NCBI GenBank assembly: GCA_963921275.4
Contig: OZ001293.3
Span: 32,001 to 96,000, forward strand
Length of the DNA stretch: 64,000 nucleotides
Source of the DNA: an uncultured Hormoscilla sp.
Lineage (GTDB): Bacteria > Cyanobacteriota > Cyanobacteriia > Cyanobacteriales > Desertifilaceae
Reading direction: 5' to 3'
Shown here: positions 23,145 through 34,988 of the stretch, one piece after another
Layout of the letters: each line of letters starts with the position of its first letter
How positions within the stretch are numbered: the stretch's first letter is position 1
Notes under the pieces: model-generated
Seen by the model: the letters and a program-made list of their open reading frames with translations, nothing else
Told to the model about the DNA's origin: nothing
Database searches by the model: none
Program-made: the position numbers and the translations under genes

Positions 23145-23290
23145 CTGGAAAGGTGCGGATGTATCTGTTCCCTTGAATTTTAAATCTTTGTCGGGGTCCG
23201 TGGGGTCTGGCAATTGGTAAATTTCTCTACCAATACTCCCGTAGGTTGGGCCCGAGGGTTGGGGGTTTCCGAGTCGGTGGAAATAGAGCG
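23145..23290 (-). pseudogene. Remnant paralog of the 384-1049 gene
   Basis: TDSETPNPRAQPTGV..PTDPDKDLKFKGTDTSAPF versus DEETLNRRAKPEGV..PIDPDKELKFLGTNTSAPF. Confidence 0.7.
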
Positions 23291-23770
23291 CTCGCATCTG
23301 TCGCGCGCTCTTTATAACAGGCCAGTAAGCAATTCGCTCCCAAATCTCATTCTCTCATTCAAAATTGGGAAAGTCCCGCATGAACAAGGATCGCAGCGGA
23401 TCGGATGGCTGCAATTTAAATGCACGACAGCTTAACTGTGCATTGGTAAACTGAATTATGTAATTTTTGGTAATTTTTTGTAAATTGCTCAATTTGCTCC
23501 CAGAAAGAGGTTCAGCTATGAAGACATCCAACTTACTACGAACTACAAGCCACGGAGAATTACTAGCAGGGGCAGCAAGAAGGAGTTGAGATGATATAAT
23601 GAAATATCTATGGCAACCACATTTGTCCGCTCCGGAGGCGCGGGGGCGGACTCCGGAGCTTATAGACCTTAGTTACCGCACGGTCAAGCAAGTATATGCT
23701 ACCATGTTTATCCTGGATGATTTGGCTGCGCCATCCATAGTAAAATTCAAATATAAAATGGAATGAAGCT

Positions 23771-24100
23771 ATGGCAACGATAACTATTGAAGTACCCGAT
23801 GAACGGAAGGACCGCACTGGAGCAGATGGCTCGCGCCTCCCGGAACTGCTACGCTATCTGGTGCAACAGCCAGCGGTTCCCGCCCATATCTACCGCTACA
23901 TTCTCAATTTTATGGCCAGTCAACCAACAAAAGAACAGTATATCGCTTTTCCGTCCTACGCCAGAAATGACAGAGCGCTTGGCGACGGTTGCTGGCACGC
24001 AGCAAAGCTTTTGAACTGACTCAACCAGAGGAACTGGAACTGGATGAGTACGAACGGATCGAGCATGTGATGATTATGCTCGATGCTGGTTTACCGATAA
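23771..24100 (+). pseudogene. Antitoxin-like conserved hypothetical protein, frameshifted
   Basis: MATITIEVPDE..NFMASQPT / FRPTPEMTERL / EELELDEYERIEH. Confidence 0.65.
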
Positions 24101-24216
24101 TCTATTGATGCCGTGCCCCTACATAACATCCGATCGCCCATACCATCTGCCGTTTCAAATGCCCTCGGGTGCAAGACCACACCCGAGGGCGAACCGACAA
24201 TTTTTTCAGATATTCC

Positions 24217-24303
24217 TTGACAGTTGTGGTATAAAATCAGTACAAAGATAACAGTGGTATGGGGGCGAGGGAGTTTATCAGTCTCACGCTGCCCTTATAC
24301 CAC
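24217..24303 (+). promoter_or_regulatory. Putative rtcB promoter and structured 5' leader
   Basis: TTGACA at 24217; stem GTGGTATGGGGGC/GCCCTTATACCAC (24254-24303). Confidence 0.5.
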
Positions 24304-24342
24304 AGTGCAGTATAGTTGTGTCAAGCCTAGAGGGAAAAGATT

Positions 24343-26078
24343 ATGCCCTACGAAGAAATGAAACTGTCTGCGCCCAAACCGGTGCTTTCTTGGGCCAATC
24401 ACGATCTCGCTTCCGTTGAAATTCAAATGGCTAAGAATGTGGCATCCCTGCCTTTTGTATTTAAGCATGTGGCTCTGATGCCTGATGTTCACTTGGGTAA
24501 GGGGGCTTTGGTGGGTTCTGTGATTGCTACTAAAGAGGCGATCGTCCCTGCTGCTGTGGGCGTGGATATCGGCTGTTTTACCGGTGATACCCTGGTGCCT
24601 CTAGCCGATGGCAAGTCCTATGCTATCAAAGAACTTGCTAGCATGTCAAGGAAATTTATGGTTTACTCCTGCACGGATAGTCTGAAAATTGTGGCAGCTA
24701 AGGCGACAGCAAAGTTAACGCGCTACAATGCTGAATTGGTGCAGGTAGTTCTGGACAATGGTGCCCCGATCGCGCAGCGTGCGCGCTGCGCAATCGCATG
24801 CACTCCGGATCACGAATTCATGATGAGGGATGGCACTTATCGGCAAGCAAGGGACTTGCAACCCGGTACGTAGCTGATGCCTTTCTATTCTCAACTGGAC
24901 AAAGAGGGTTACACTTTAATTCAACAACCTGCTTCCGGAAGATGGGAAAAGGCAGATGTCGGAAAATTGCCCGATCGCCAGCAGATGGAAGTGGGGGCAG
25001 GCAGTCAGATGCGCTATAATCACAAGGTAGTGGCGGTTACGCCTCTGCGAGAGAAGCAGGATGTCTACTGCTTGACTGTTCCTGAATATGGTAACTTTGC
25101 CTTAACTGCGGGGGTATTTGTCCATAACTGCGGGATGGCCGCAGTCAAAACTCCTTTCGAGGCAGATCGACTGGAAGGTAAACTCAAGCAGATCCGTCTG
25201 GATATTGAAGCTGCCATTCCTGTGGGATTTAATCAAAACAAGGAGGTCGAAACTGCTGTTAGTAACTGGCAGGGATGGGGTGACTTTAAGGAACTGCATC
25301 CGGGGGTGCAACGCTTGGATAGTAAGGCGATGAAACAGTTGGGTTCCCTCGGTGGGGGCAATCATTTTATTGAGGTTTGTCTGGATACCGAAGACCAAGT
25401 CGGGTTGATGTTGCACTCGGGTTCCCGTAATATCGGTAATATGCTTGCGAAAAACCATATTAATACTGCCAAGGAATTGGCAAAGCTGGCAGGAGAAAAG
25501 TTGCCCGATCGGGATTTAGCCTACTTTGTGGCCCAGACCCCTGAGTTTGCTGCTTACTGGCACGATCTGCAATGGGCGCAAGGTTATGCCCGCTTCAACC
25601 GGATGTAATGATGGCGAGACTGAAGCGCATTGTCGAAAAGCATCTGGCGGGCGGGAAGCAGACTAAGCCCTTATTGCAGGTAAATTGCCATCACAATTAC
25701 TCGGAAAAAGAGGTGCATTTCGGCGAGGAAGTCTACGTGACTCGCAAGGGCGCTGTTAGGGCCCGGGAGGATGATTATGGTATTATTCCTGGATCCATGG
25801 GGGCGAAGTCTTTCATTGTCAAGGGTAAGGGAAATGCCGAAAGCTATTGTTCTTGTGCCCACGGGGCGGGGCGATCGATGTCTCGCAGTAAGGCGAAGAA
25901 GCAATTTTCTGTTGAGGATCTGATGCAGCAAACTGCTAGCGTTGAATGTCGCAAGGATGAGGGCGTCTTGGATGAAATTCCCGGCGCTTATAAGCTGATC
26001 GATGAGGTAATGCAAAATCAATCCGATCTAGTGGAAGTTGTGGCCACCCTGAAGCAGGTTGTCTGCGTTAAAGGGTAA
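24343..26078 (+). pseudogene. rtcB: RtcB RNA ligase with a mini-intein; in-frame TAG (24871) and a frameshift (~25603)
   Basis: MPDVHLGKG, VGVDIG|CGM, LGSLGGGNHFIE, HSGSR, HHNY, RKGA, IPGSMG, CAHGAGR, DEIPGAYK. Confidence 0.92.
24574..25128 (+). mobile_element. Mini-intein in rtcB
   Basis: N-terminus CFTGDT, block B CTPDHEF, C-terminus DVYCLTV..FVHN followed by Cys+1; too short for an intact endonuclease. Confidence 0.9.
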
Positions 26079-26519
26079 CATTCGCTAGGTTTTAACCTGG
26101 GGCTACAGAAATCCATCATCACAACCTGTTATTCTGCAACACTTGATTCACCTATTTTTTGACAAAATAATGCGTAATCCCAGCCCGCTTCCTTGTCGGA
26201 TATCCTTCTTGATTTAACCATCCAATAGCAGGAAAATCATAGCTTTCACAAATCCATAAAGAATGCATTCCTAAAATTAAAGATTCTCTAAAGCTTGAGA
26301 CTCTATTATCTATTGACACTGCTGAACTCTTGCGATTTTTGCACGACTGGCATTCCCCTCATATCGAAGGCGATCGCCAATTTAATCCTTGCCTGCCCAT
26401 CTAATATCCAGTTATTAGCCTCCTCGGAACAGCTGCACAACTGGCACCTCAATCAAGTCGAACAAAGTCTTGATAATTTGAGCAGGTCTAGAAAATCGGG
26501 TTTCCTGTACTTATAGTGA

Positions 26520-27110
26520 TAAGTTTTTATTATCAGAAAAGCAATACAGGAAAACGGAAGTTTTCAAAGTTTATAAATCCGTTTGACGCAAAATCCAACT
26601 TAATTATATTGTTAATTCCTTCCATTACGGCCCTGGTTGCATAACTAATAAAATAATTACAAATTCCCGCCAGGTGACTGTCAATCATCTGATCGCGCAG
26701 CGTGGCGCAGCCATGCAGATTTCTGAGGGAACAACGAGCGCATAAATTAACCATTTTTATAATTGACGTTTAGCCGACTTCAACGTCTTACTGGTTTCAT
26801 AGATAGCACGAAGTTCTTCTTTTAGTCGATCGGCAATAGTTAAACAAGGAGATTGTGCTAAAATTACTTCTAGTTTTTCCTGAGCGTCCCCATCAATATC
26901 TGCACCATTGCTTAACAATAAATATTTACTGCCTTTTTCGGTCACCGGTTCTGCGCAATTTGTTTAATTCACGATTGACATGCTGCATAACATGAAATCG
27001 ATCGTAAACTATTTCCGCATTTAGGAATAGTTTTTCGACAACTAAGGGATAACCTCCCCACATATCTATGCTGACAATGTCAACTCCTTCACGGACCTCT
27101 AAGTCAATCC
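26520..27110 (-). mobile_element. ISL3-family transposase remnant
   Basis: VSIDMWGGY..AEIVYDRFHVMQ and MEGINNIIKL..GFINFENFR, broken by frameshifts. Confidence 0.85.
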
Positions 27111-27215
27111 CCGCTCGATATCTCTGGGGTAGTGCGAGTAGCGCGTCCCCTCTGGGGGATATCGAAGAGCGTTTCAACGATTTCCCATAAGTTTGTGAGA
27201 ATTGATTACTTCTAA

Positions 27216-27392
27216 CAATACTCCGGACAGTTTTTTGAGCCCAGAACCTCCACATAGCAAGGGTTGCGGCCTACTGGCATCATTTTTTTCAATGTCAGCC
27301 CCAGGGCTAACTTGCAAAAAATGGCTCTATCGAATAAAGGCTGACGCTGCAAGGCTTGCAGCTACGTACACCCCAAACGGTCCGGAGTATTG
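27216..27392. mobile_element. MITE, 177 bp
   Basis: Terminal inverted repeats CAATACTCCGGAC(A/C)GTTT, 17/18 match; no clear TSD. Confidence 0.7.
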
Positions 27393-27404
27393 AACTATAT
27401 GTGC

Positions 27405-27669
27405 TTAAGCAATGGTAACCCGACCGCTCAAGTAGTCCTGTAACTGCCGATTGTGATCATGAGATGGCTTACCCTCTGGCAGTGATGTCAGCTCAAAAGC
27501 CCTCCCCCCAGTCCACCAAGCCTCCGGGTAGTCCCCACAGACCATTGTTGCTACGTCGCACCAGCAGTATCCGACCATCAGCCAATCGCGGGATGATGGT
27601 AGTACCAGTGACCGGGTGACGGAAGAGCACACCCAAGACTGTTTGTACGAACTGCCATGACCGACGCAT
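27405..27669 (-). pseudogene. NUDIX hydrolase with an internal deletion
   Basis: [38 protein letters not shown] is joined out of frame to the C-terminus ..SHDHNRQLQDYLSG; the Nudix-box helix is missing. Confidence 0.8.
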
Positions 27670-27883
27670 AAGTGATTTGTTAGTTGTGACAGGCCATCAA
27701 GCCCGGAAAAATCGAAAAATATTTTTAATCTTAGCATGAATCGCCCTCACAGGAGGTCGCAACTTGAGTTATACTCAGAAAATTACCACACATCGTCCAT
27801 GCCGATCGGGCACGGTCCACTGGCAACAGCATGCCCTCACCCGATAACTAGGCATTATTTTTGTTGTTAGTAATGAGGTGAAC

Positions 27884-28051
27884 ATGGCCAAGCGCCGCAA
27901 CCCCAAGAAAGAAAAGGCGCAGCGTAATCTAGCATACGCCCGCAAATTTCGCAAACGGAAAAATCCAGGTCGCTTCTCCAGACGACGGTTTGACAGGCAA
28001 CCGACAGCAGAGGAAGACGATATGGAAAAGGACTCCTCTGTAGCCAAGTAA
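27884..28051 (+). CDS. Small basic conserved cyanobacterial protein (55 aa, below the ORF-track cutoff)
   Basis: MAKRRNPKKEKAQRNLAYARKFRKR.. with a GAGGTG RBS. Confidence 0.8.
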   Translation: MAKRRNPKKEKAQRNLAYARKFRKRKNPGRFSRRRFDRQPTAEEDDMEKDSSVAK

Positions 28052-28061
28052 AGTACGGGAT

Positions 28062-29480
28062 CTAACCTCCCGATACTGTGGCTAAGCGATCGCGTCCTGC
28101 TTGAATGGCTTTCCTGACCTGCTCGAAGCCAGTACCGCCGTAACTGTTGCGGGCGGCCACCACTTGCCGAGGGGCGATCGCCTGATAAATATCTGACTCA
28201 AAGGCCGGATGCAGGGCTTTCCATTCCTCCAAGCTTAGATCGTGCAGCAGTTTACCGGCGGCAAGGCTAGTTTTCACGGCCTTACCTACGAGATTGTAAG
28301 CTTCCCGGAAGGGAACGCCCCGCGCGGCCAGATAGTCGGCCACATCTGTGGCGTTAGAGAAATCTGACGCCACAGCTTGTTCTAGGCGTGAGGTCCGAAA
28401 TTCTATCCCCTCCTGCAGCAAGATCGTCATCGCTTGCAGACAGGCTTTCAGGGTTTTCACGCTGTCAAATAAGGCTTCCTTATCCTCTTGCAGGTCTTTA
28501 TTGTAGGCCATTGGCAGTCCCTTCATCAACACCAGCATGGCCTGGAGATGACCAAAAACCCGACCTGTTTTACCCCGCACCAGTTCGGGCACGTCGGGGT
28601 TTTTCTTTTGGGGCATAATGCTGGAGCCGGTAGCACAGCTGTCAGAGAGGGTGACAAAGCCAAATTCCTGTGACGCCCAGAGAATGATTTCCTCTGATAG
28701 GCGACTCAGGTGGACCATAATTAAGCTGGCGCTACAGAGAAATTCGATCGCAAAGTCCCGATCGCTCACTCCATCCAAACTATTACCATAGACACTGGCA
28801 AACCCCAGTTCCTCTGCTGTATATTGGCGGTCAATGGGAAAGGTCGTCCCCGCCAGGGCACCACAACCGAGGGGAGAAATATTTACCCGCTTCCAGACAT
28901 AACCCAAGCGTTCCCAATCTCGTTGGGCCATTTCAAAATAAGCCATCAGGTGATGTGCCAAACTTAACGGTTGGGCGCGTTGTAGGTGAGTGTATCCAGG
29001 GATTAATGTTTGGACATGGGCTTCGGCCAGGTCTAGCAATACCTCCTGAAACTGGCGGAGAGAAGAGCGAATTTGCTCTATTTGGTCCCGCAGATAGAGC
29101 CTCGTGTCAGTTCCTACCTGGTCGTTGCGCGATCGAGCCGTGTGCAGCTTTTTGCCCACATCACCTGCTATTTCTGTCAGTCGCCTTTCTACGGCCAAAT
29201 GGACATCCTCGGCCTCAATTCCGGGTTGGAATTTTCCTTGCCTGTATTCCGAGCGAATTTGCTCCAGTCCCGCCAGTAATTGTGACTTTTCTGCTGCTGA
29301 AATTATCCCCGTGCGGGCCAGCATTTTGGCATGCGCTCCCGAACCATTGAGGTCATATTCTATCAGCTCTATGTCAAAACCTATGCTAGCATTAAATTCG
29401 GCGATCATCGGGTGCAGCGCCTTTTCAAACCGCTGACTCCAAGTTTTTGCTTCTGGTTGCTGTGGTAATTTATTATTCAA
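28062..29480 (-). CDS. argH: Argininosuccinate lyase
   Basis: Motifs [11 protein letters not shown] and [12 protein letters not shown]. Confidence 0.97.
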   Translation of the reverse strand: MNNKLPQQPEAKTWSQRFEKALHPMIAEFNASIGFDIELIEYDLNGSGAHAKMLARTGIISAAEKSQLLAGLEQIRSEYRQGKFQPGIEAEDVHLAVERRLTEIAGDVGKKLHTARSRNDQVGTDTRLYLRDQIEQIRSSLRQFQEVLLDLAEAHVQTLIPGYTHLQRAQPLSLAHHLMAYFEMAQRDWERLGYVWKRVNISPLGCGALAGTTFPIDRQYTAEELGFASVYGNSLDGVSDRDFAIEFLCSASLIMVHLSRLSEEIILWASQEFGFVTLSDSCATGSSIMPQKKNPDVPELVRGKTGRVFGHLQAMLVLMKGLPMAYNKDLQEDKEALFDSVKTLKACLQAMTILLQEGIEFRTSRLEQAVASDFSNATDVADYLAARGVPFREAYNLVGKAVKTSLAAGKLLHDLSLEEWKALHPAFESDIYQAIAPRQVVAARNSYGGTGFEQVRKAIQAGRDRLATVSGG

Positions 29481-29488
29481 ATTTACAA

Positions 29489-29704
29489 CTAACCTCCATA
29501 GGTGGTAAACTTCCGCAATAAATACCCGATGATAATGCCGAGGATGAAAGCCCAGACCTGCCCACTTTCAATAAAGTTATTAAAGGCTTCCTTGACATTT
29601 GTTTCTAAGTCATTATCTATTTGCTGAGCTAATACTATCTGTCGCAAGTATAAATGCTGTCCAGAATCCCTGTCATTAATCAATTTGTTAACTTCCATTG
29701 CCAC
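29489..29704 (-). CDS. Small membrane hypothetical protein
   Basis: [18 protein letters not shown], a conserved-looking TM motif. Confidence 0.75.
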   Translation of the reverse strand: MAMEVNKLINDRDSGQHLYLRQIVLAQQIDNDLETNVKEAFNNFIESGQVWAFILGIIIGYLLRKFTTYGG

Positions 29705-29716
29705 TTCTCCTGTTGA

Positions 29717-31195
29717 TTATTCACTATTATTAATTCGCATTACCACCAGAGTCATATCATCGGCATTGTCATTGCCCGGACCGATAAAATCATAGACCCG
29801 ATCGAACAGATAATCCAAAATCGCTTCTGGGTCGCTATATTGCTGACAAGCCCCCTGGAAAGCCGCGATCAAATTGTCTTCGTCGAAGCGATCGCCCTTT
29901 TGGTTAGGAGCATCAGTAAAACCATCCGTGTAATAAATAATCGTGTCACCCGGTTCCAGACGAGTTTGAGCATCCTCATATTCAGAATTCACATTCAGAC
30001 CGATCAGCATTCCCATTGTATCCAGGCGTTGGATAGTTTGAGTTGCCGCTTGCCACAAAAAAGGGGGATTGTGGGCAGCATTGCTGTAAGACAGGATGCG
30101 AGTTTGGGGGTTATACTCCGAATAAAACAAGGTCACAAATCGATTAGATTTTTCCAAATCGGCGTACATGGCATGGTTCAGGTGTTGGAGAATCTGCGCT
30201 GGTGAGTGGCCATTCATGACTTCTGCTCGCAGCATCCCCCGCAGCATAGTCATAATCAGACCTGCGGGAACCCCCTTACCCATAACATCTGCGATGGTCA
30301 CGCTCCAACAGCCCGATTCATTATCCCCACAACATGCCGGTCGCAGCGGATCGTGGCTGACGGGAATGAAATCATAGTAATCTCCTCCGACGTGGTTAGC
30401 TGTCTGGCAGCGAGCCGCCAGTTGTACTCCTTGAATTTTAGGACATTCGTGAGGCAGCAGTTGCAACTGAATTTCCGCACCTATTTCTAACTCCCGCGAG
30501 AGCCGTTCTTTTTTGCGCAGTTCGGCTGAGAGTTCGTCATTTTCAATCGCCACCGCCGTTTGGTCGGCCACCAACCGGACTAACTTCTGGCGGGTCTCCG
30601 TCCAGCTGTATTCCCGGTTCCGGCTCAAGATGTACAGACGCCCCCTTTCAGTTTTCTTGGCCAGAATTGCCGTGCCAAACAGCCGTGTATCGGGTCCTAA
30701 GTAATGGCTCACTTCCTGATCGAGGACTGCTGATATCTGGCTAGTATCAACCGGTTCGTCTCCATCCCGATTTTTCCGGAACGGTGGAGTGAATTGACGA
30801 TTGACTGTTTCCAGGGCTTTGCGGATATCCTGACATTGAACAGTATCGTGGCAATGTATTTGATCTAGCCTTAGCTGACCATTGGGCTTAAACAGCACCA
30901 AGGCACCACCATCGGCATCTGTCACCCGAGATGCGATCAGAGGAATTAATTCCAGAAACTGATTCAGGTTATTGAAGCTGCGCAGGGCAAACCCTAGAGA
31001 AATCAACAAGTCTTGGGTTTTATTCTGTTCGCGGCGCAACCGGGCCACCAGTTCCTTGAGGGCAACAACTGGGTTTTTTTCTGGTGAGGCAATGTCATTG
31101 ATGCCGCAGTGCAGATCGCTCGCACCAGTGTGAGAGTTCTGTTGGTCCGGCTGATGTGGAATGGGCAGAGTGGTCATCAGACAGCGGTATAGCAT
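29717..31195 (-). CDS. GAF plus PP2C/SpoIIE (RsbU-like) Ser/Thr phosphatase
   Basis: Motifs VGGDYYD, IADVMGKG, YTDG and DDMT. Confidence 0.92.
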   Translation of the reverse strand: MLYRCLMTTLPIPHQPDQQNSHTGASDLHCGINDIASPEKNPVVALKELVARLRREQNKTQDLLISLGFALRSFNNLNQFLELIPLIASRVTDADGGALVLFKPNGQLRLDQIHCHDTVQCQDIRKALETVNRQFTPPFRKNRDGDEPVDTSQISAVLDQEVSHYLGPDTRLFGTAILAKKTERGRLYILSRNREYSWTETRQKLVRLVADQTAVAIENDELSAELRKKERLSRELEIGAEIQLQLLPHECPKIQGVQLAARCQTANHVGGDYYDFIPVSHDPLRPACCGDNESGCWSVTIADVMGKGVPAGLIMTMLRGMLRAEVMNGHSPAQILQHLNHAMYADLEKSNRFVTLFYSEYNPQTRILSYSNAAHNPPFLWQAATQTIQRLDTMGMLIGLNVNSEYEDAQTRLEPGDTIIYYTDGFTDAPNQKGDRFDEDNLIAAFQGACQQYSDPEAILDYLFDRVYDFIGPGNDNADDMTLVVMRINNSE

Positions 31196-31605
31196 GGTCT
31201 AGAGGTTAAGGTTGATAGTAGTAGCTTCCAGAATCTGGTCTTTGTCTAGGGTAATTTTACGTAATTTACGGCTATACAGCATAGCATTATTTCCTGTAAC
31301 TTGACGGGCAGGAGTTATTTTAACGGTCATGCCTGTCGTGGTGTCTTTTGGGATCTTGATGTCTCTCGGGAACGCCAACGTACAAAAGAGGAAACACTGC
31401 GCCGCCATCGTTGACCTCATGTCAGTGACCAGTGGTGGTTGAAATAGGGTGAAAATTTGGTGCAAGCAGCCTTAATAACTAGGGTCTATCTCGTAAGTTA
31501 GTTGTGTAAAGAATTCTTACAATTAATCCCCATTGAGCATAAACAGAAAGAAAATGAACCATAACAAGCAAAAGCAGGAGGAGATCGATCGGGAAAGGTA
31601 GGAAG

Positions 31606-33067
31606 ATGAAACAGAAATCATTATGGAAACTGTTAACTGGGGCAATGGCGATCGGCTTTGTCATAGTCCTAGTTTGGGCACCAAGGACAGAGTCGAAAAT
31701 ACCACATGCTTTAAGAGAAAACCCAACAGCAAGTCCGCCAGCAGCGGAGGCGGTGGAAATTGCCCAAATCTTTGGCAGAACCCGTTACCAGAAACTCGCG
31801 GAAGCAGACAGATTTATTAAACTGGGAAATCTTGGGGAAGCGGAAAGACTCCAGCGGCAAGTAAAACCGGCATTTGCTGCTGCTAGTCCGCCACCAAAGC
31901 CGGTTTTGGAGATTTCTGATGCCTCTCCAGCGGCTCGGGTATACTGGCGAGAGGCGAATGCGGGTCTACAGCAAGGTCTGGAAAGCAAAACCTTCGTGCC
32001 CCTAGAGCTGTTGACCGAGAATTATCCGGACTTTATCCCCGGTCATTTGCTGCTGGCGTCAGCTGCTCAAAAATATGGACAGCCCGAAAGAGCTATTGCC
32101 GCCTTGGAACGAGCAACATCTCTGTATCCGGACAACACAGAACTGCTGGATCGGAAATCGCTTTGCTGGCAGAGCAAGACCAGTGGTTAGAAGCTGCCAT
32201 TGCAGCCCGTCAATTTGCCCTCATCTATCCGGAGGATCCCCAGGCGGCTAAGTACGATCGCCTGGCAGACAAGCATTTCCAAAAGTACAGATCCCAGATC
32301 GAGCAAGATTTGTTCGGCTTGGGAATAGCACATGTGGTAACCTGCCAAGTCATCGGCGACTGTTTGAGAGGAGAGCTAATTGAGCTACTGCTACAGGGAG
32401 AAGCAGCTACGGGTAAGGAGTTCGCAGAAAGCTTAAAAAAAGATCTCACTTTGGTAGAAGACCCGGCTGTGGTAGAGTACGTGAATGAAATCGGTCAGAA
32501 ACTAGCGAAGTTTATGGGGCGAGATGAGTTCGAGTACGAATTTTATGTGGTCGAAGACTCCACTCCTAATGCCTTCGCTCTACCGGGCGGCAAGATATTT
32601 ATACATTCGGGGCTCATGAAGTTAATGGGGTAGAATTATACCAGAGGGTGATGAGGGCACCAGAGCCGACAAGAACTCAACCAGCATCAACCCCGCGTCG
32701 GAATCAACCAAGATCGGGGCCTGTAGCTCTGAACATAGTGCAAAAGAAGGATGATGTCCAAATCAGCATCAACAGAGCCAACGTGAATGCTACGGGTGGG
32801 TTTACTGTAGATCTGGTGATTAAAAATGACAGTAATGACAAATTTGGGTTTGTGCCTTTGTTTGTACAAGTGCTTGACGACAGTGGCAACAGGGTTTCAT
32901 CCCGGTTCTTATTAACAGCAGGAGAAGATGCTTTTGTTCCACCAGGTGGCAGTTTGAGAAGGACTTTGCTGATCGTAGGCGCCCGTTGGCAAACTGGCAG
33001 CCAAGATTTGACTGTGGTGGTTAAAGAATCTACACCCGGAGGTAGAGTTTTCCGCATCCCATTGTGA
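31606..33067 (+). pseudogene. TPR plus M48 metallopeptidase, frameshifted with the HExxH region deleted
   Basis: TPR-like helices and PNAFALPGGKIFIHSGL followed by a stop; a C-terminal beta domain lies in 32648-33067. Confidence 0.75.
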
Positions 33068-33137
33068 TTAGCGTATCCCGACTTGCCTCATGGCCTCCCA
33101 GAGGTTTCCGCTCTCACCGGTAGCGGGCGATCCGATC

Positions 33138-33297
33138 CCCCCCAGCCCCCCTTTTTAAGCCTTTTTAAGGGGGGCTGGGGGGGATCCTCTTACCAACAGG
33201 CGCAAGACCAAACCCCCGAGTTTACTCCGGCCAAGGAGGTACTTACTCCGGCCAAGGAGGTGCTTACTCCGGCCAAAGAGGCTCCCGCTCCGGCCAA
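33138..33297. repeat. GC inverted repeat plus 21-bp tandem repeat (TTACTCCGGCCAAGGAGGT.. x4)
   Basis: Read directly from the sequence. Confidence 0.75.
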
Positions 33298-33849
33298 ATA
33301 GTTACTCAGATTCCCTTTGGTAATGTTGTTTCAAGTCAAAGCAAAAGCTTTTGACGCCACCGAATGACTCTCGTACTAGGTGGAATGATTCAGTCAAGGG
33401 AGTGACTCAGTTATTCCAGGATAAAATATCTCTATCCTTAAGGGGCGTGAGTCCTGGCAGCGACCTTGGATGCCAACGCCATTTAGGGAGAAAGCCCAGA
33501 GTCGGCGCCAGATGTCTAAAGGGCGCACTACTCGTACTGCCCTGACGACATCTACATTTTGTCCCGTCAAGTGATGAGTGCGGCTCAAAAGTATCCGGCG
33601 ACTGGGAGAGAATCGTCTGCGAAGACGCTACGCGAACGTGAGGATTAACAGGTTTTGACCACACCCGGCCATTGGGGTTGGAAATACTAAATTTTTGGTC
33701 CTGATGGCCTCTTGAGAGGTCCAAAACCTCAACCGAGAAACTGAGTTAAGGTAAAACAATGTTAAAGCATTTTTCCTATGGACTGTCAACTGCTTTGCTG
33801 GGTGCAACTGTGGTCATGGTTCAGCCGCAAGTAGCAATAGAGAATCTTG

Positions 33850-34217
33850 TCAACTACCCTATTTGAACTTTGTTCGGGTGAAAGAATTTAAATTGTCCAA
33901 TCTGGTAATAATAAAAAGTCATTGGGAACCTCCCCATCACTATCAAATGGAATTCGCGACCATAATAAAACCGCTATATCATGTACAATGGAGCCCATGC
34001 CAAAGCTACAGCGTAATTCGGGAAAAGCATAAGCAATTTGGGGTGGTTCCGCGATCTGGTTGATACTATTACAAAGCCTTAGCTGTAATCTGCTATGCTT
34101 TCCTTTTGGCATTGGTTTTTGTACAACATCACTGTTAATGTATTCCCTAGCAGGTTTTGTTTCTGGGAGCTTCAAAAACTCTTCTTTAGTCAATGCTTGA
34201 GTAATTGTGCTTGTCAT
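33850..34217 (-). pseudogene. Uma2 family endonuclease, truncated
   Basis: LPETKPAREY..KPMPKGKHS..PELRCSF..PDWTI*. Confidence 0.8.
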
Positions 34218-34238
34218 GGATCCTGCTTTTTAAGGTTC

Positions 34239-34401
34239 TTACTACGAACGGTAAGGACTAAAGTCCTTACTACGAACCGCAAGGACTAAAGTCCTTACTA
34301 CGAACCGCAAGGACTTTAGTTCTTACTACGAACCGCAAGGACTAAAGTCTTTACTACGAACGGCGCTACGAACCGCAAGGACTAAAGTCCTTACTACGAA
34401 C
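34239..34401. repeat. 28-bp tandem repeat TTACTACGAACCGCAAGGACTAAAGTCC (about 5 copies)
   Basis: Head-to-tail units, each with an internal hairpin AAGGAC-TAAA-GTCCTT. Confidence 0.85.
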
Positions 34402-34406
34402 GACTC

Positions 34407-34988
34407 TTACCATAAAGTCCCATTAGGCTGTGGATCGGACTGGGGTTGAACAGAATTGCTGCCAGAGTCCGTCGGTGTGGGAGTCATCTCTTTGAGATAC
34501 AGATTCATATCGATATAAACCCGGCCATTTGTTTCACTCAGAGGCCCCGAAGTCATATTTTTAACTTCCATGAGATTTCTTAATGTTTGACCAGGATTTA
34601 TTCCTGGTTTGAGGGTAAACAATAATCCCGCGCAGGAACCGCCCCAACTTTCAGCTACGCACACAACTGGCTGCCGGTTTATGCGCCCCGTTGTCAGGAA
34701 GTTTAATGTTTCATTTGTGTTGTATACCTGGAATCTTGCCGATACCTCCTCACACCGCCTCTCAGGCGTCCAATCCGAACTGCTGAAATAATTTGACACC
34801 CACCGAATCACTGGTACATCACCCTGTGCAGTCTGGGCAATGGTTGTAGGCACGCCGTTCGATATGTCGCAGACAAAGCTGGTTTGAGTCTTGTGAGCGC
34901 GACTGGGGCTAGCTGTAAAGGTAGCCGCCAATGTCAGGGCCGAAATGGCCAGCACTGAAGTCAATAACTGTGGTTTCATAAGGCACAA
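34407..34988 (-). CDS. COP23 domain protein
   Basis: Signal peptide; WTPERRCEEVSARFQ, GRINRQPVVC and LLFTL. Confidence 0.85.
   Translation of the reverse strand: MCLMKPQLLTSVLAISALTLAATFTASPSRAHKTQTSFVCDISNGVPTTIAQTAQGDVPVIRWVSNYFSSSDWTPERRCEEVSARFQVYNTNETLNFLTTGRINRQPVVCVAESWGGSCAGLLFTLKPGINPGQTLRNLMEVKNMTSGPLSETNGRVYIDMNLYLKEMTPTPTDSGSNSVQPQSDPQPNGTLW

Noticed and set aside
24871..24873. Programmed amber read-through or pyrrolysine
   Set aside because: It is a single TCG>TAG-type change in a gene with another lesion, and many similar nonsense mutations occur in the window.
33083..33850. Several 60-105-aa ORFs
   Set aside because: They are made of repeats or lack motifs; only a short signal-peptide remnant at about 33759-33840 looks genic.
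34239..34401. Possible CRISPR array
   Set aside because: Units are head-to-tail with no unique spacers, and there are no cas genes nearby.
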